DNA of 64,000 nucleotides from NCBI RefSeq assembly GCF_054482595.1, contig NZ_CM137008.1; one strand, 5' to 3'. Shown piece by piece: positions 57,680 to 64,000 of this stretch (position 1 is its first letter; each line of letters starts with the position of its first letter). The notes under the pieces were generated by a model. It saw only the letters and a program-made list of their open reading frames with translations, ran no database searches and was not told where the DNA came from. The position numbers and the translations under genes were made by a program.

Positions 57680-58422
57680 TGCAGACCCAGGTCCTTTTTG
57701 AACATCCACTAAATGAAAAAATGCGTACATGGCTGCGCATTGAGTTTTTGATTCAGCAACTCACCGTTAATTTACCCATCGTTGACCACGCTGGCGCGCT
57801 GCATTTCTTCCGTAATGTTAGTGAATTACTGGATGTTTTCGAGCGCGGCGAAGTCCGCACTGAGCTGTTGAAAGAACTTGACCGGCAGCAACGTAAACTC
57901 CAGACCTGGATTGGCGTGCCTGGCGTGGACCAGAGCCGTATTGAAGCATTAATTCAGCAGTTAAAAGCGGCGGGGAGCGTATTAATTTCCGCGCCGCGTA
58001 TCGGGCAATTTCTGCGTGAAGATCGTTTGATTGCTCTGGTGCGTCAGCGACTGAGCATCCCAGGCGGCTGTTGCAGCTTTGATTTACCTACATTGCACAT
58101 TTGGCTGCATCTACCCCAGGCGCAGCGCGACAGCCAGGTAGAAACCTGGATTGCCAGCCTGAACCCGCTCACCCAGGCACTTACCATGGTGCTGGATTTA
58201 ATTCGCCAGTCGGCCCCCTTCCGTAAACAAACCAGCCTGAATGGTTTTTATCAGGATAACGGTGGCGATGCCGACTTGCTGCGCCTGAATCTGTCGCTCG
58301 ATTCACAGCTTTATCCGCAAATTTCCGGACATAAGAGCCGTTTTGCCATTCGTTTTATGCCGCTGGACACTGAAAACGGACAGGTACCGGAACGTCTGGA
58401 TTTCGAACTGGCCTGTTGCTAA
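57679..58422 (+). CDS. zapD: Cell division factor ZapD
   Basis: 247 aa; start overlaps coaE stop (TAATG). Confidence 0.9.
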
Positions 58423-58431
58423 GGAGTAAAA

Positions 58432-58629
58432 ATGTCAGAAACTATTACGGTGAATTGCCCAACCTGCGGGAAAACGGTGGTGTGGGGTGAAATCAGCCCG
58501 TTTCGGCCATTTTGCTCCAAACGTTGTCAGCTGATCGACCTCGGAGAATGGGCTGCTGAAGAAAAACGAATCCCCAGCAGTGGCGATCTTTCCGAAAGCG
58601 ATGACTGGAGCGAAGAACCAAAGCAGTGA
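58432..58629 (+). CDS. yacG: DNA gyrase inhibitor YacG (zinc finger)
   Basis: 65 aa with CPTCGK...CSKRC zinc-binding cysteines. Confidence 0.88.
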
Positions 58630-58640
58630 CATTTGTCTGA

Positions 58641-58843
<203 letters not shown>

Positions 58844-58850
<7 letters not shown>

Positions 58851-59233
58851 CGTTTAAGCTTCGCAATTACCGGTTCATTGGCTGGCGGAAAATCATCGGC
58901 ATTAAGACCGACTAGCGACATCCACTCACCGGGTTGCCCTTCTTTACCCCACGGCTCCCCTTCCCAGCTTTCGACCAGCCAGAACCACAGAGTTATATGC
59001 CTGTCCGGGAATTCATATTCCAGTTTTTCAAATAGCGAAAAATGTTGTGGGGTAATCCCGACTTCTTCCTGAAGTTCACGCACCACCGCCTGTTCCGGCG
59101 TTTCGCCCATTTCAATTTTACCGCCGGGAAACTCCAGTTTATTCGCCATGTGCGCATCTGCTGCGCGACGCGTTATAAAGATTTCATTGTTCTCGTTGCG
59201 AATAATACCTACCGCAATTTGCAGCTTTTTCAT
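58844..59233 (-). CDS. mutT: 8-oxo-dGTP diphosphatase (Nudix)
   Basis: 129 aa with Nudix box GGKIEMGETPEQAVVRELQEEVGI. Confidence 0.92.
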
Positions 59234-59239
59234 TGTCTT

Positions 59240-59270
59240 AAACCTATAAAAAAGGCGCAGAATCCTGCGC
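59240..59270 (-). terminator. Hairpin with T-run between secA and mutT
   Basis: aaaaaggcgcag-aatc-ctgcgcctttt between the secA stop and the mutT start. Confidence 0.55.
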
Positions 59271-59292
59271 CTTTTACTTCAACTGTTAGCTT

Positions 59293-61998
59293 TTATTGCA
59301 GGCGACCATGGCACTGCTTGTATTTTTTACCAGAACCGCACGGGCAAGGATCGTTACGTCCTACTTTGCGCTCACCGGTTTGCGCCGCCAGTGCAGCTGC
59401 GGCTGCAGAGTCGTCATCCTGATGGCTAAGCTGCTGCATTTGCGCTAAACGCTCGGCTTCCATACGACGCTGTTGTTCCAGCTCCTCAACCTCTTCAGGC
59501 ATACGTACCTGGACTTTGCTCAGCGTGCTGATAACTTCATATTTTAACGACTCCAGCATCGCTGCAAACATGGAGAACGATTCACGTTTGTATTCCTGCT
59601 TCGGATCTTTCTGTGCATAGCCACGCAGGTGGATACCCTGACGCAGATAGTCCATCGCTGCCAGGTGCTCTTTCCACAGGGAGTCAAGCGTTTGCAGCAT
59701 GACGCCTTTCTCGAAGTGACGCATCATCTCAGCACCAACCACTTCTTCTTTACGCTGATACACTTCGATGGACTGCGCCAGAATGCGCTCACGCAGCGTC
59801 TCTTCATGCAGTTCTGGTTCTTTATCCAGCCACTCGGCAATTGGTAAATCGAGGTCGAAATCGTTCTTCAGACGTTCCTGCAGCCCCGGAATATCCCACA
59901 TTTCTTCCAGCGACTGTGGCGGAATGTAGGCATCAATGGTGGCTTTGAACACATCTTCACGAATGCTGTTGATGGTTTCGCTCACATCGCTGACATCCAG
60001 CAGTTCGTTACGCTGGGAGTAAATGGCGCGACGCTGATCGTTAGCCACGTCATCATATTCCAGCAGTTGCTTACGAATGTCGAAGTTACGGCTTTCAACT
60101 TTACGCTGGGCGTTGGCAATCGCTTTAGTCACCCACGGGTGTTCAATGGCTTCGCCTGGCTTCATACCCAGTTTACGCATCATGCCGGATACTCGGTCGG
60201 AAGCAAAAATACGCATCAGCGCATCTTCCATCGACAGGTAGAAACGGGAAGAACCAGCATCCCCCTGACGACCAGAACGACCGCGCAACTGGTTATCGAT
60301 ACGACGGGATTCGTGACGCTCGGTACCGATGATATGCAGGCCACCTGCTTCCAGTACCGCATCGTGACGTACCTGCCAGTCGGCTTTAATTTTTTCAATT
60401 TGCTCTACGGTCGGATTTTCCAGCGCGGCAACTTCTGCCTGCCAGCTACCACCGAGCACAATATCTGTACCACGACCCGCCATATTGGTCGCGATAGTCA
60501 CCGCAGCCGGATAACCTGCCTGAGCAACAATCGCCGCTTCGTTGGCGTGGAATTTGGCGTTCAGGACGTTGTGCTTAATACCGGCTTTGGTCAGTTCGTT
60601 TGACACCAGCTCCGATTTTTCGATGGAGATAGTACCCACCAGCACCGGCTGGCCTTTCGCAGTACGTTCTTTGATATCTTCAATGATCGCCTGAATTTTT
60701 TCCGCTTCAGTCATGTAGACCAGGTCCGGCAGATCTTTACGAATCATTGGACGGTTGGTCGGAACAACGACGGTATCCAGCTTGTAGATGGAGCTAAATT
60801 CGAAAGCTTCGGTATCAGCAGTACCGGTCATCCCCGCCAGTTTTTCATACAGACGGAAGTAGTTCTGGAAGGTGATCGAAGCCAGCGTTTGGTTTTCGTT
60901 CTGGATCTGCACACCTTCTTTCGCTTCCACAGCCTGGTGCAGACCATCGGACCAGCGACGGCCCTGCATGGTACGACCGGTGTGTTCGTCAACGATGATA
61001 ACTTCACCATCTTTAACGATGTAGTCGACGTCGCGGGTAAACAGCGCATGAGCGCGCAGCGCCGCCGTTACGTGGTGCATCAGCATGATGTTGGCCGGAG
61101 AGTACAGAGACTCCCCTTCATCCATGATGCCCTCTTTCACCAGCAGTTCTTCAATCAGCACCAGACCACGTTCGGTCAGGTTCACCTGGCGAGATTTTTC
61201 GTCCACCGAGAAGTGGCCTTCGCCCTGGAAGGTTTCGGAGTCTTCTTTTTCCTGACGGATCAGGTGCGGAATAATTTTATTCACGCGTTTATACATTTCC
61301 GAGCTGTCTTCTGCCGGGCCGGAAATGATCAGCGGTGTACGCGCTTCATCGATCAGGATGGAGTCCACTTCGTCCACCAGCGCATAGTGCAGTTTACGCT
61401 GTACACGTTCTTCAGGGCTGAACGCCATATTGTCGCGCAGGTAGTCAAAGCCGTATTCGTTGTTCGTACCGTAAGTGATGTCAGCTGCGTAAGCTTCGCG
61501 CTTTGCCGGTGCTGGCATGCCCGGCAGGTTGATACCGACAGTCAGGCCAAGGAATTCAAACAGCGGACGGTTGTTTTCGGCGTCACGTTGCGCCAGGTAG
61601 TCGTTGACGGTAACTACGTGCACGCCTTTACCGGTTAGTGCGTTCAGGTAAGCAGGCAGCGTTGCGGTCAGGGTTTTACCTTCACCGGTACGCATTTCGG
61701 CGATGCAGCGTTCGTTAAGAACCATACCGCCGAGTAACTGAACGTCGAAGTGACGCATACCAAAGACGCGCTTACTTGCCTCACGTACCACGGCGAAAGC
61801 TTCCGGGATCAGATTTTCCAGCACTTCGCCTTTTTCCAGACGTGCACGAAACTCTGCGGTTTTCCCTTTCAGTTCTTCGTCGGAGAGTTTTTCCATCTCC
61901 GGTTCCATGGCATTGATGCTGTTGACCACTTTGCGCATCCGGCGCAGGGTGCGATCGTTACGACTACCGAAAACTTTAGTTAACAATTTGATTAGCAT
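59293..61998 (-). CDS. secA: Preprotein translocase ATPase SecA
   Basis: 901 aa; [17 protein letters not shown]-terminus; C-terminal zinc-binding [14 protein letters not shown]. Confidence 0.97.
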   Translation of the reverse strand: MLIKLLTKVFGSRNDRTLRRMRKVVNSINAMEPEMEKLSDEELKGKTAEFRARLEKGEVLENLIPEAFAVVREASKRVFGMRHFDVQLLGGMVLNERCIAEMRTGEGKTLTATLPAYLNALTGKGVHVVTVNDYLAQRDAENNRPLFEFLGLTVGINLPGMPAPAKREAYAADITYGTNNEYGFDYLRDNMAFSPEERVQRKLHYALVDEVDSILIDEARTPLIISGPAEDSSEMYKRVNKIIPHLIRQEKEDSETFQGEGHFSVDEKSRQVNLTERGLVLIEELLVKEGIMDEGESLYSPANIMLMHHVTAALRAHALFTRDVDYIVKDGEVIIVDEHTGRTMQGRRWSDGLHQAVEAKEGVQIQNENQTLASITFQNYFRLYEKLAGMTGTADTEAFEFSSIYKLDTVVVPTNRPMIRKDLPDLVYMTEAEKIQAIIEDIKERTAKGQPVLVGTISIEKSELVSNELTKAGIKHNVLNAKFHANEAAIVAQAGYPAAVTIATNMAGRGTDIVLGGSWQAEVAALENPTVEQIEKIKADWQVRHDAVLEAGGLHIIGTERHESRRIDNQLRGRSGRQGDAGSSRFYLSMEDALMRIFASDRVSGMMRKLGMKPGEAIEHPWVTKAIANAQRKVESRNFDIRKQLLEYDDVANDQRRAIYSQRNELLDVSDVSETINSIREDVFKATIDAYIPPQSLEEMWDIPGLQERLKNDFDLDLPIAEWLDKEPELHEETLRERILAQSIEVYQRKEEVVGAEMMRHFEKGVMLQTLDSLWKEHLAAMDYLRQGIHLRGYAQKDPKQEYKRESFSMFAAMLESLKYEVISTLSKVQVRMPEEVEELEQQRRMEAERLAQMQQLSHQDDDSAAAAALAAQTGERKVGRNDPCPCGSGKKYKQCHGRLQ

Positions 61999-62059
61999 AA
62001 TAAAATCTCAAACGCCCCGCGTTGCGGAGTTAATAAAATGAAGTAAAGGTTTATTGTTG

Positions 62060-62740
<681 letters not shown>

Positions 62741-62802
62741 TCACCTGGCCGGAGAGAGTGCCAGATTTGCCAGTCGAATTTTATACGACAGTATAAATGT
62801 CG

Positions 62803-63741
<939 letters not shown>

Positions 63742-63820
63742 CTATCCAACCGAAGTGTACTATACATTCGGCGGGCCAGTTTAGCACAAAGAGCCTCGAA
63801 ACCCAAATTCCAGTCAATTC

Positions 63821-64000
63821 TTAATCAGCTTGCTTACGCAGGAATGCTGGGATATCCAGATAATCCGGCTCTTTCGCAGTTTGCGGCGCATTGTCATTCA
63901 CGACTTTAGCAACCGGCTTCTGCTCCTGGGTCAGCGGAGCCATCCCATGCTGCTGGTAGCGATCCATCACTGGCTGCTGAACCTGCTTATTGGTCACCAG
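63821..64000 (-). CDS. ftsZ: Cell division GTPase FtsZ, C-terminal part (gene runs off the window end)
   Basis: Minus-strand translation ends ...DIPAFLRKQAD*, the conserved FtsZ C-terminal peptide; stop at 63821-63823. Confidence 0.85.
   Translation of the reverse strand: MVTNKQVQQPVMDRYQQHGMAPLTQEQKPVAKVVNDNAPQTAKEPDYLDIPAFLRKQAD

Noticed and set aside
60889-61638. 249-aa ORF on the plus strand (and other antisense ORFs within secA, lpxC, hrpB, mrcB)
   Set aside because: Antisense to well-identified essential genes; treated as frame artefacts.

Overview
This window reads as a contiguous stretch of enterobacterial core chromosome (Escherichia coli / Shigella type), running from fhuC-fhuA through mrcB, hrpB, the dksA-gluQ-pcnB-folK cluster, the yad chaperone-usher fimbrial operon, panBCD, the yadGHI ABC cluster, can, hpt, gcd, cueO, speED, acnB, yacH, the pdhR-aceEF-lpd pyruvate dehydrogenase operon, aroP, ampDE, nadC, ppdD-hofBC, guaC, coaE-zapD-yacG, mutT, secMA and lpxC to the 3' end of ftsZ. 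Gene identities come from recognising the translated ORFs and their order; no search was run. Almost every base is accounted for by housekeeping genes, and I found no tRNA, rRNA, CRISPR array, IS element, integrase or prophage module. I therefore do not see a multi-gene novel system here. The most interesting locus is the Rpn-family nuclease gene (rpnC/yadD-like) between panC and panD: it is followed by a separate 69-codon ORF that duplicates its C-terminal tail, the two lying in a diverged direct repeat of about 150 bp, and rpnC itself carries an internal ATG with a strong Shine-Dalgarno inside its 3' end. Secondary observations are a three-hairpin array between hrpB and mrcB, the yad fimbrial operon with a possibly variant yadC, tandem repeats and a His/Asp-rich block in yacH, non-canonical start codons (pcnB AUU, acnB/hrpB/secM GTG, speD/htrE TTG), and recognisable PdhR, CueR and Fur operators. 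Many ORF-track starts were trimmed to the biologically plausible start; hairpin and operator coordinates are hand-indexed and may be off by a few bases.
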